From an uncultured Eubacteriales bacterium (GTDB taxonomy: Bacteria > Bacillota_I > Bacilli_A > RFN20 > CAG-826): 64,000 nt of DNA. The stretch covers positions 786 through 64,785 of the forward strand of contig CAVJSS010000003.1 of NCBI GenBank assembly GCA_963652335.1, given 5' to 3'. The notes beneath the pieces were generated by a model. The model was not told the DNA's origin. It was given only the letters and a program-made list of their open reading frames with translations, and did not search any database. Shown piece by piece: positions 45,332 to 54,281 of this stretch. Positions within the stretch are counted from its first letter, which is position 1. Every line of letters starts with the position of its first letter. Position numbers and translations under genes: made by a program.

Positions 45332-46212
45332 CTATCTTTGCTATAGCCAAAAGCTTTGAGCCTATCGCTTTTTTGCCTCCAATCGGCGGCTTGTCGGACT
45401 TCGATTCTAAGATCGATGTGCTTATGGAGGCGTTTCTCCAAATCGCGTCTGGCTGTCATCGAGATCTTTTTGATCATCTCCCCGCCTTTCCCGACCACGA
45501 TTCCGATTTGGCTTTTCTTTTCGACCCAAATCGTGGCTTCGATATATATCTCTTTGGCTTTTTCGTTCAATGAATCGATGGTGACCGCGGCTTGATGCGG
45601 CACTTCGTCGGAAAGGAAATGGAGCATTTCGTAACGAATAGTTTCTTTGACGTCGAAAGCCACCCCTTTGTCGGTCAAGGTACCTTCTTTATAATACATC
45701 GGCCCTTCCGGGAGATATTTGGCCACCGCTTCTTTGACGTCTTTCAATCCGAAATTGGTCAAGGCGGACATTTGGATTATCTCCTTGTTCGGGAATTCCT
45801 CGTGCAATTCGCTAAGCAAGGCTTCCATTTTCGGGGCCGTGGCCAAATCGATTTTGTTGACCAAAATCAAAAAAGGGCAATTGAGTTTCAAGGCTTTGAG
45901 GGTCTTGAAAGATGGATCGTCTTCCTCAAAATTGTCGGCGGAAATCATGAAAAGGCAGATATCGGCGTCCCCTAAGGAAGAACGGGCTTCTTTGTTCATG
46001 AATTTGTCCAAAGCCGCTTCGCCTTCGAAAAGGCCTGGAGTATCGATGAAAACCATCTGATAGTCCTTTTCGGTCAAAACGCCGATGATGTTATCCCTGG
46101 TGGTTTGGGGTTTTGGGGAAACGATCGAGACCTTATGGGACAAAATAGCATTCAAAAAAGTCGATTTGCCGACGTTTGGTCGGCCTAAGATGGCTACGAA
46201 TCCGCTTTTCAT
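45328..46212 (-). CDS. era: GTPase Era
   Basis: Start at 46212 (MKSGFVAILGRPNVGKSTFLN) with an ATGA overlap on the cdd stop. G motifs (DTPG, NKID) and a KH domain. Confidence 0.95.
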   Translation of the reverse strand: MKSGFVAILGRPNVGKSTFLNAILSHKVSIVSPKPQTTRDNIIGVLTEKDYQMVFIDTPGLFEGEAALDKFMNKEARSSLGDADICLFMISADNFEEDDPSFKTLKALKLNCPFLILVNKIDLATAPKMEALLSELHEEFPNKEIIQMSALTNFGLKDVKEAVAKYLPEGPMYYKEGTLTDKGVAFDVKETIRYEMLHFLSDEVPHQAAVTIDSLNEKAKEIYIEATIWVEKKSQIGIVVGKGGEMIKKISMTARRDLEKRLHKHIDLRIEVRQAADWRQKSDRLKAFGYSKDR

Positions 46213-46613
46213 TTGATCAAATCCTTTTTGCCGAAAGCGAAAGGCAGAATCCCTTCGATGTTCGTTTCTTTGACGTCGCCTTTCAAATTGGCTAGATAGA
46301 TTTTGGCATTTGGGTCCAAAAGCTCGCTGATGACTTGGCGGCAAGCCCCGCAAGGAGCGCAGACGTCATCCGTATCGGCGATGATGGCGATAGATATGAT
46401 ATCCCCCGCCTTAACGCCGTTCATCATGGCGTTGGCGATGGCGTTTCTTTCGGCGCACAAAGAAAGGGGATAAGATGAATTTTCCACGTTCCCGCCTTTG
46501 AAGATCCTTCCGTCTTTCGATAAAACGGCTGCCCCTACGGCAAAATGGCTATAAGGTGAATAGGAAAGGGAGCGGGCATCTTTGGCGGCTTCAATCAAGG
46601 TCGATTCGTTCAT
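46209..46613 (-). CDS. cdd: cytidine deaminase
   Basis: Start at 46613 (MNESTLIEAAK...). Motifs: YSPYSHFAVGAA, CAERNAI, and PCGACRQ zinc ligands. Confidence 0.93.
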   Translation of the reverse strand: MNESTLIEAAKDARSLSYSPYSHFAVGAAVLSKDGRIFKGGNVENSSYPLSLCAERNAIANAMMNGVKAGDIISIAIIADTDDVCAPCGACRQVISELLDPNAKIYLANLKGDVKETNIEGILPFAFGKKDLIK

Positions 46614-47067
46614 TCGATACTTCCTCCAATATCTTATCTTGAAGAGAGAACATCGCGATCTCATCTTCCTTTTTCATATGATCGTATCCCAATAGGTGCA
46701 ATAAGCCATGGGTGAAAAGGAAACTTAATTCCCTATAAAGGGTGTTGCCGATTTCCTTAGCCTGCCTTTGAGCCTGAGGGACGGATATCAGGATTTCCCC
46801 TAGCATCTTTTCGATGTTCGGATCGTTTATTCGATGAGTTGGGTCTTTATCGTCGTTGAAGGCGAAGGATATCACGTCCGTCACCCTATCGACCCCACGA
46901 TAATCTTTGTTTATCCGATGGATCGTTTCATCGTCGACGAAGCTGACGTCGACTTCGTAATTGTCTTTGACGTCAAGATGTTTGAAGGTCGCTGCCAAAA
47001 TATCTTGGTAGCGTTTTTCCATCACGTCGAATTTCGCATCGCAAGCGTTAGAAAAAACAAGTTCCAT
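46591..47067 (-). CDS. ybeY: rRNA maturation endoribonuclease YbeY
   Basis: The HGLLHLLGYDH metal-binding motif; 158 aa. Confidence 0.94.
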   Translation of the reverse strand: MELVFSNACDAKFDVMEKRYQDILAATFKHLDVKDNYEVDVSFVDDETIHRINKDYRGVDRVTDVISFAFNDDKDPTHRINDPNIEKMLGEILISVPQAQRQAKEIGNTLYRELSFLFTHGLLHLLGYDHMKKEDEIAMFSLQDKILEEVSNERIDLD

Positions 47068-47102
47068 GGCTTAACTTTAACATAAAGTTAGCCTTAAAGC
47101 CA

Positions 47103-48296
47103 TCAATCGCGTGGTTTGAAGATATATTCTCTGAAATAAAGCTCGTTCATCTCCCTTTCTTTCTTGGAGAATACATAATCGAAAATCTCGGCGCCGCCCT
47201 TTTCGATCAAAAGCAAAGCGAAAAGATGGAAAAGATAGAAATTGAGGGAAGCTTCGTTGGACATTAAGCTTGGGAACAAAGAGAAAGCGGCCGTGACGAA
47301 AGTCAATATCCCTCTTTCCAATAACATCGTTTTCCCGTATTTGTCAGCATCCTTGCTCAAGGAAAAAAGAAGTTGCTTGGCTTCCTCTTCTTTTTCAGAC
47401 TGGAATAGCATCCCCTCTTCTTTCCTCATCCTTTTGCCTTTTAGAGAAAAATATCGATGGAATAAGAGCTTTTCTCCGCACAATAAGGCTAAAACCCCAC
47501 CTAAGGAGATAAAGAAAGAAGGAGTGTTTAAGCCAACTATCACGCTTAAAAGGACGATGGTTCCGATTTTGGAGACCACCGATGCCGTATCGGCGAAGAG
47601 ATTCTTTTTGAAGGCGTTGAACCTCTCATAATTGATTTTAAGGCGGTTTGGGTCTTTATCATAAACAGACAAGAGATATCGCTTGTCGAAAGAACGGATG
47701 GAACAAAGGATGAAAATCCTTCTTCCTTCTTCCAAAAGGAGATATAGACCTAAACAAGTAAGGCTTAGCCATAAAGGGGCTTTATCAAGAAGGGCAAGGC
47801 CGAAAGCCAAACATATTTCCGATACGAATAAGAATGCATCGGAAAGGATTTCCTTCCATAAAGGGACGATTCTTTTGGCTTTAGGGGGCTTTGACACGTG
47901 ATATTGTTCCATTATTCCCCAAAGTCCGCTCCACAAGGATAAAAAGGATTCTTTCTTTAGATGGGTCTCTCCTTTCGCCGGATCAAGATAGGTCACCGTT
48001 TCCTTTTCTATTTCGGTGACCACCACCATATGGATTCCTTCTTCTTCGTTTAACAAAGCCAAAAAAGGGCCTTCCTTCTCGAAGGGATAGGAGAATTTCT
48101 CCTTTTCCGATTCAAAGAACCTGAGATCGAATCCGAAAGAAGACATTTCTTCTTCCAAGGTCTTCAAAGAATAGGGAGGATGAGCGGAGAAAGCGATGTT
48201 CTTCCAACCTCTCTTTTTGGTTTTTAGATAAGCCAATGTCCTTAAAGATGACAAAGCGCAGCTATGTTCGTCGAATTGATAGGAGATCTTAGACAT
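47103..48296 (-). CDS. C39-like cysteine peptidase domain fused to multi-pass membrane domain, no ABC ATPase domain
   Basis: Start at ATG 48296 (MSKISYQFDEHSCALSSL), 5 nt after GGAGG. Q-x5-C, GIHMVVV and YLDP resemble the C39 Gln/Cys/His/Asp set. About 5 hydrophobic helices follow. No Walker motifs. Confidence 0.6.
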   Translation of the reverse strand: MSKISYQFDEHSCALSSLRTLAYLKTKKRGWKNIAFSAHPPYSLKTLEEEMSSFGFDLRFFESEKEKFSYPFEKEGPFLALLNEEEGIHMVVVTEIEKETVTYLDPAKGETHLKKESFLSLWSGLWGIMEQYHVSKPPKAKRIVPLWKEILSDAFLFVSEICLAFGLALLDKAPLWLSLTCLGLYLLLEEGRRIFILCSIRSFDKRYLLSVYDKDPNRLKINYERFNAFKKNLFADTASVVSKIGTIVLLSVIVGLNTPSFFISLGGVLALLCGEKLLFHRYFSLKGKRMRKEEGMLFQSEKEEEAKQLLFSLSKDADKYGKTMLLERGILTFVTAAFSLFPSLMSNEASLNFYLFHLFALLLIEKGGAEIFDYVFSKKEREMNELYFREYIFKPRD

Positions 48297-48298
48297 GT

Positions 48299-48334
48299 TT
48301 CCCTCCAATACCTTTTAGAGACAAATGGAGGGAA
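48299..48334 (-). promoter_or_regulatory. hairpin sequestering the SD of the C39-domain gene
   Basis: On the - strand RNA: UUCCCUCC (48334-48327), a 20-nt loop, then GGAGGGAA (48306-48299). It is a perfect 8-bp stem that includes the SD. Confidence 0.4.
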
Positions 48335-48343
48335 TTTACCTAT

Positions 48344-48996
48344 TTATTCTTCTTTTTCTTCTATTTTATGATGGGAAGAAACCTCGAAATGGTATTTGAC
48401 GATGCCTAAATCGATCTTGAAATAAGGGCCACCGAGGTTCTTTAAGATGACTCTGCCGTTTTTGAGTTCGAAAAAGAATTTTTGCTGGTTAAGGGCAGTT
48501 GGGGCCAAACCTGCGGCTATGACGCCCTTCATGAACCAATCGCATTCTTCATCGGCCTTATAAAGTCGGGAAATGTCTTTGCTTTTATGAGGGAAGCCAC
48601 CATTTTTACCATATCCCAAAGAAATGACGATCAAAAGTTTTTTCCTTTTTCAAAAGCGGCTTCCGTCTTTCCGTGCGTTAAGGCGACCCAACAGGTGTTA
48701 AGGCCTATTTCTTGGCACTTTAGGACCAGCTTTTCGCCATAATATCCGGCTTTTTCTTGATCCCTTTTATTTCCCACGATGCAGATGTAGTTGGCGACGT
48801 TTTCGAATTTGCCATAACGGGCCAAAATGGAAGAAAAGCATTTAGGCTCATCGAAAAAGACTTGGAAGGAGAGGCCGCTTTCAAAGCCGATTTCGTTGGC
48901 CAAGGATCTTATCTCTTCCTTCTTTTCTTCTTCGATTGGCTCTGATTTATATTGCCTGACGCTATGGCGTTCTTTCATCAATTCGATGATATCCAT
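48344..48996 (-). pseudogene. nitroreductase-family gene interrupted by a 1-nt frameshift in a homopolymer
   Basis: The two track ORFs (48631-49038 and 48344-48634) are the N- and C-halves of one nitroreductase (MDIIELMKERHSVRQY... / ...LIVISLGYGK...NQQKF). Adding one A to the - strand A6 run (+ strand T6, 48638-48643) gives the continuous ...AFEKGKKLLIVISLGYGK. Confidence 0.7.
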
Positions 48997-49049
48997 GATG
49001 TTTCCCTTTCTTTTGAAACATAAATAGTCAAAGACCAAAAATCATCTTG

Positions 49050-49232
49050 TTATCCAATGACTTTCCAATAGCCTATTTTATTGGTTCCAATCCTCTCGAT
49101 AAAGCCTTTTTCAGACAATGATACGAACACTCTCGATATGGTTCTTCTCAATATTCCAAGTTTAGCAACCAACGTATCGTAGGAAATGCTTGGGGCATTG
49201 TTCAGCTCTAGCGATGCATTTTTCGTTATCAT
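49050..49232 (-). pseudogene. 3' remnant of a wHTH/ATPase-type regulator gene (C-terminal winged-helix only)
   Basis: ISYDTLVAKLGILRRTISRVFVSLSEKGFIERIGTNKIGYWKV is a typical C-terminal wHTH. The upstream sequence to about 49350 reads as out-of-frame pieces (FHLKDNVIYFDIEHGKQ) with stops. Confidence 0.5.
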
Positions 49233-49646
49233 TTAATTCATTGGGAAGATTTTTGCCATTTACGTGATAAAAATCTTGTCCCATCAACTTTGCTTTCCAT
49301 GTTCAATGTCGAAATAAATGACATTGTCTTTCAAATGAAAGATCGTGCCACTTTTGTGCCACTTTTTTGCGGCACGATTGTTTTTCAAAGAATGCTGATA
49401 GTAAAATAATTAAGCAATTATCGAACTAATTTTTGATTGCAATAGCAAAAACGAACGCTGAAGATCGTACCAAGTTATTTAAACTATCAATCGATTTGAA
49501 TAACGTCTTTTCGCAATTTGATCCGCAGAAGGATTCGCCATTCGCCCAGCAAAGAACATAGTAACCAACTTCTTTTATCGAATTCAGCAATGAATGGGTT
49601 TTGGATCTTCGATGGTTTTTCTTTTTATAAAAAGAAATATGGCGAT

Positions 49647-50267
49647 TTATCCCTTTTTGATCTCCCGACGTCCGTTTCTGTTAGATTCTTTTCTTTCTAT
49701 TATTCCATTATCTTTCAATCTGTTGATTATTCTCATGACGGCCGATCTATGCTTGCTGGTTTTCATAGCCAATTCTTTGGTGGCAACATTTGCGTTTTCA
49801 GCGATTGAATCGCATATGTTTTTCTATATCGGAGAATTTTGCAGTCTCGCTTTTCTCATTGAACTCGCTTTTGTAAAATGGGATGGTCACGGTTATTGCC
49901 GACGTGCCGAAACGATAGGCTTCTACGCCGTATTACTTTACGACTTTCGGTGCGCCGTGCCCGGTTTACTCGACGATATGGCATTGAAGGAAGATTTTTG
50001 TTAGCTCTTCGTTCACTAGATGCGTTTTTCTCATAAGGAATTCGTCTTTCGTCATCCCGTTTGGCATCGTGTCGCAGGAAATGATTTCCAGCCTATCGTC
50101 AAGCCAATATATCTTAGGTGGGATCCTATCGACCCATTTATTATGGACGATAGCGTTGATCCGTGCCTCTCTGAAGGCATCCCCATCGAACGTTTTTCTC
50201 GTTTTATCATTTTCGAGGTATCGACATAGGCTTGGATTAAGAAATCATGATGTGGTTCATAAAGCAA
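49647..50267 (-). pseudogene. decayed, N-terminally truncated paralogue of the same regulator family
   Basis: A single - strand frame reads IYWLDDRLEIISCDTMPNGMTKDEFLMRKTHLVNEELTKIFLQCHIVE*TGHGAPKVVK*YGVEAYRF...VTIPFYKSEF, with in-frame TAA stops at 49966-49968 and 49933-49935. After a frame change it ends in a wHTH (ATKELAMKTSKHRSAVMRIINRLKDNGIIERK). The family assignment is by resemblance only. Confidence 0.5.
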
Positions 50268-50293
50268 ATAAAAAAAATCCCGATGGACGGGAT
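50268..50293 (-). terminator. rho-independent terminator after rpsU
   Basis: On the - strand: ATCCCG-TCCAT-CGGGAT followed by a T8 run. Confidence 0.8.
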
Positions 50294-50300
50294 TAGTTGA

Positions 50301-50477
50301 TTACCACTTCTTGCGGCGGGCCATTTCGCTCTTGCGTTTGCGCTTTAAGCCAGTCTTCAGATAGTATTCGCGTTTGCGAGCTTCCATGAGAATGCCGGAT
50401 TTGTTGACGCTGCGTTTGAAGCGGCGTAACGCTTCATCGAGAGATTCGCCTTCGTGGACGACGGTTTTGACGATCAT
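50301..50477 (-). CDS. rpsU: 30S ribosomal protein S21
   Basis: Not in the ORF track (58 aa): [67 protein letters not shown] lies 6 nt upstream. Confidence 0.92.
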   Translation of the reverse strand: MIVKTVVHEGESLDEALRRFKRSVNKSGILMEARKREYYLKTGLKRKRKSEMARRKKW

Positions 50478-50548
50478 TTCTACTCACCTCGCTTTCTGAA
50501 CGTTAGGTATTCTACACAAGAAAACGCCTTATATAAAGAAAATTAGGA

Positions 50549-50554
50549 TATAAT
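50549..50554 (+). promoter_or_regulatory. -10 box positioned for (near-)leaderless GT2 transcript
   Basis: TATAAT (50549-50554), 9 nt, then ATG at 50564. There is no SD within normal spacing. Confidence 0.4.
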
Positions 50555-50563
50555 CTTTGCAAT

Positions 50564-51514
50564 ATGGGCCAAAAACCGTTTCTGAGCGTCATAATCCCCG
50601 TTTATTCAGGGGAGAAATATTTCGAAAGATGCTTGTCTTCTTTGCTTAAGCAGGAATGCGATGAAGATTATGAGATCGTCCTTTCGATCAATCTGGATGC
50701 GGAAGAGGGATGCAAAAGATTGTGCGAAGAGGCATTGAAAAAGGACCCTCATTTCGTTTCGATAACGATGAAAGAAGGCAATCTAGCCAAGATGATATGC
50801 AGATTGGAGGGGGTTAGGTTCTCCAAAGGGGAATATGTCACCTTCGTTGACAATGACGATTATTATTCTTCTTCCAAAGCGATCGAGAATATCATCAAAG
50901 AAATAAAGAAACATAAGACGGATATCACCGTCTTTCCTTATTATCATTCGAAACACGATAAAGAAAGATTGGCCTTCGCCCAGAATTTCAAAGAGAAGGT
51001 CTTAAGCAAAGAAGAGGCCTTCGATAAATTGAACAAGGATTTTTCCATGCCCCATTTTCTTTGGAACAAGGCTTTCAAAAGGGAATTGTTCGATTCTCCT
51101 TTGATGGTCTTTTCTAAAAAAGAGGATATGTTCGAAGATTGCGTTTTGTCTTCTTCTTTGTTTTTGGCTGCGTCTAGCTTCTATCGTTCTTCTTATCCTT
51201 ATTATTGTTATCGGATCGATAATCCTAATGCAGATACAAGGATAAAAAGGATAGATAGGGCTTTTTATCGTTTATCCGTATATGCATCGGAAAGAGCGTA
51301 TTTGGAGAAATACCATCCTGTATATCTAAAGTATTGGAAGAAAGCGTACCACCGGCACGTTTCTTTCGTTATCTATGATTCCATGTGCGACATGAAACAT
51401 GGAAAGGGGCGGTTGCTCCATAATCTAAGGCAGTTAAATAAATTGCATAAGAAGAAGTGCGATTTAAAATGGTTGGATTGTTATGAGGTGGTAAAGAGGA
51501 CGGTTGAGGGGTAG
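50564..51514 (+). CDS. family 2 glycosyltransferase
   Basis: FLSVIIPVYSGEKYFERCLSSLLKQ and the DNDD motif; 316 aa. Confidence 0.85.
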   Translation: MGQKPFLSVIIPVYSGEKYFERCLSSLLKQECDEDYEIVLSINLDAEEGCKRLCEEALKKDPHFVSITMKEGNLAKMICRLEGVRFSKGEYVTFVDNDDYYSSSKAIENIIKEIKKHKTDITVFPYYHSKHDKERLAFAQNFKEKVLSKEEAFDKLNKDFSMPHFLWNKAFKRELFDSPLMVFSKKEDMFEDCVLSSSLFLAASSFYRSSYPYYCYRIDNPNADTRIKRIDRAFYRLSVYASERAYLEKYHPVYLKYWKKAYHRHVSFVIYDSMCDMKHGKGRLLHNLRQLNKLHKKKCDLKWLDCYEVVKRTVEG

Positions 51515-51602
51515 ATAGGCAACTGTTGGGTGGCTTTTCGTGTAGGAAGTTGGATATAATTAGGCAGACAAACAGCATATCGCCAGTGCGGGTTAAACAG
51601 TT

Positions 51603-54281
51603 TTAAACTGCTGTTCGAATATAATTAAAGCTTATTTCACACCCAAAGACAGTAAACGATAGAGTTCCGGATTGTGTTTCGTTCGCAATACTCTTGAAAA
51701 TAACAGTTTGAACAACGTACTTGACATTGCTAACCTTCTTATAAATCGCTTTTGCAGAATCGAATTTTAATTCAGATCCCTTCTCCAAATTGATGCTATA
51801 GTTATCTCTAATCAGCGGCACCTTATTTTTATCGGCCATTTGAACGTCGTAATAAATTACTATGCTCACAGTCGTAGCAGGGTAACTGCCGGATTTTTCA
51901 ACCTTTATTGTGTTACTGCTTTTATCAAAAACAACAAAATTGTTTGTAGTAACGGACACACTGAGGGAGTGCACAATTATTGTGTTATCGAGATATGCGA
52001 CTGCAATAATTTCTTCATTCTTCTTAAATCTGGCTTTTACTTTAACTGTTCCGGCTACACTTCCCGGAGTTACAACCCCTTTTTCGCTAATGAAAGCAAC
52101 TACTTCTCCTTCACTAGGATCTTGATACTTCAATTCGTATTCAGAAGCGCTAATTTTTTCTTGAATAGCCTTTTGACTATCGACGATTTCAAAAGACACC
52201 GTATAGTCAGTGACGGATTCACCATTTCTCTTTAATGATGGCGTAATCTTTGCCTCGGAATAAACGTCAGTATCAACATAGGCTATCTCATACGTATCGG
52301 CCGTGATACTAGCTTCATAATCTGTTTGTATTTTGCTCGCAACGAAAGTGCCACTTGTTTCAACGTCCCCAGCTGTCCCATCGCTTTTAGTGAAATTCGC
52401 CTCGCAAGTAACGGTGTATTCAATGTCTTCAACTCCATCATTCGCCGGAGTAGTCAGCGTTATAGTTTGCCCTGTGGTTGAACTCAACGATGCGCCATCA
52501 GGACAAGACCAACTATAAGTAATGCTGTCATCGGAACTTAAAGATGGTGAAGGGAAACAGTTGGCCGTTATTGTGAAAGTCCCTTGTTCTCCTGGATCGG
52601 ATTGGGTATCTCCTTCTTTAACCGAAAGGGAGACTTCGTAAATGTCGGTGACCCAGTGCTTGCTGGACGAAACATAGTATCCGACATGCATTGGCGAAAC
52701 CATATTCGAGTCACTTCCTACATATCCGCCTGATGTCATAGTAAAGCTATAAAAACTGCTTTTGTCAGCACTAACTTCGTACGCCGTTACAAATTTTTTT
52801 TCAAATGTTAACGTCGCAGTCGCATCGCTGGTGTTGGTACTAACGAAACCGCCGAATTCTGTTACTGACAGCGATCCATTCACTATCAAAATTCCATCAG
52901 AATTCATCTTTTCATAAGCGATGGACCCATCTTCTCCGTTTATGTCTGCAGCCTCTCCAGTTCCTGAATTATATTTGCTTTGATCATATTTGGCGTAATT
53001 GACCAATCCTGGGCAAGAGAAAGAAACCGATTCGCCAATGACAAGACGTGCGCCAGGCAAAATTTTTATGCTTTGCTCCGCTGAAGCGACTTTGGCTTCC
53101 TTGCCGTTTTCAGATTTGTTCAATTGCACATCGTAGTAACAAGATATTGGAAAATAACACGATGTGGTTGTTATCGAAAGACCTACAACTGTAAGCGATA
53201 ATGAATTGACATTGAAAGAGCCGTAAAAATTCAGATAATTTTTAGGGATTACGCCATTGGTCAAATCGCTTGTTCCATTATTGGCTTCAAACGTAAAAAA
53301 CGAGGTAACCGAAAAATTGTCCTGAGGGTCAATCAATCCGCCCTCGCCAATAATTGAGACTTCGCAACGATTGGACTGATTTGGCGTGTTTGTGTGAAGG
53401 TCCGGGATTCCAGTAAACGTAGCGGATCCTTCATATTTGGTCAAAGTATTGACGAAGGATGGAAAATAAAAACGATTAAATGGCGAACCGGTAAAACCAT
53501 TCACTTTATATGTGGTGACACTATCAGTATACAATTTAGAAAAAGCCGTGCCTCCACGATGTTCCACCACAACGAATGGGGCGTATGTCGTTGAACCAGC
53601 CGCATTGATGATATGAGGATCGGCGGTTTCTTTCGTATCTTCGCCTACAACATACCCGAAATTGACGAATTTGCCATTGTTTTGGATTTTAGCGCCGGAG
53701 GATAAAACCATCTTGGCGCATGTGGTTACGAAGCCGGCGACATTGCCGCCGCCTGTTCCGTTTTGGATTCCGCCGATAAGCAAAGTGCCGTTATTCGTGA
53801 TCGTAACGTTTTTATCCACCGTTACCGTCGAAGTGACATTGGAGCAATTGTTATAGACGTTAGCTAATTTATTTTGAGTGGCAATGCTATCGTAAGCCAT
53901 CGTGCTTTCCATCGTGCCGTCTGCTATGGTTCTATACAAAACGCCGCTTTCGGAAACGGATGAATAAGGAAGTATCAATGTGTCTTCTTTGCTTATCGTG
54001 CAGTCTTTGGCTATCGTTGGATTCGTGCCTGGAATGACGTAAATGACGTCTGCTGTCGTTTTATTTGAATTGGCTGTATCCAAAGCCTTTTCGATGCTGG
54101 TGTAATAAATATCCGTTGTTTCGTTATAGCAGACAACTTTATTGGCTATGGAAGAGATGCCTATGCTAATGCCTTTCGTGTTGTTGTCGGTTAGATAGGA
54201 TCCTACCCCTATAGTGAAAGTAGTGGCAATAACGCCAAATCCGGCCAAAAGGATTTTCGATAGCCTTCTATTATGCTTCAT
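51603..54281 (-). CDS. large uncharacterised surface protein, N-terminal signal-anchor, Gly/Asn/Thr-rich beta-rich region plus Ig-like C-terminal modules
   Basis: 892 aa. N-terminus MKHNRRLSKILLAGFGVIATTFTIGVGS (one TM helix, no lipobox Cys). Repetitive beta-strand-like segments (NGTLLIGGIQNGTGGGNVAGF). No LPXTG or C-terminal TM helix. SD AAGGAAA. The start overlaps the upstream gene by 11 nt. Confidence 0.8.
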   Translation of the reverse strand: MKHNRRLSKILLAGFGVIATTFTIGVGSYLTDNNTKGISIGISSIANKVVCYNETTDIYYTSIEKALDTANSNKTTADVIYVIPGTNPTIAKDCTISKEDTLILPYSSVSESGVLYRTIADGTMESTMAYDSIATQNKLANVYNNCSNVTSTVTVDKNVTITNNGTLLIGGIQNGTGGGNVAGFVTTCAKMVLSSGAKIQNNGKFVNFGYVVGEDTKETADPHIINAAGSTTYAPFVVVEHRGGTAFSKLYTDSVTTYKVNGFTGSPFNRFYFPSFVNTLTKYEGSATFTGIPDLHTNTPNQSNRCEVSIIGEGGLIDPQDNFSVTSFFTFEANNGTSDLTNGVIPKNYLNFYGSFNVNSLSLTVVGLSITTTSCYFPISCYYDVQLNKSENGKEAKVASAEQSIKILPGARLVIGESVSFSCPGLVNYAKYDQSKYNSGTGEAADINGEDGSIAYEKMNSDGILIVNGSLSVTEFGGFVSTNTSDATATLTFEKKFVTAYEVSADKSSFYSFTMTSGGYVGSDSNMVSPMHVGYYVSSSKHWVTDIYEVSLSVKEGDTQSDPGEQGTFTITANCFPSPSLSSDDSITYSWSCPDGASLSSTTGQTITLTTPANDGVEDIEYTVTCEANFTKSDGTAGDVETSGTFVASKIQTDYEASITADTYEIAYVDTDVYSEAKITPSLKRNGESVTDYTVSFEIVDSQKAIQEKISASEYELKYQDPSEGEVVAFISEKGVVTPGSVAGTVKVKARFKKNEEIIAVAYLDNTIIVHSLSVSVTTNNFVVFDKSSNTIKVEKSGSYPATTVSIVIYYDVQMADKNKVPLIRDNYSINLEKGSELKFDSAKAIYKKVSNVKYVVQTVIFKSIANETQSGTLSFTVFGCEISFNYIRTAV

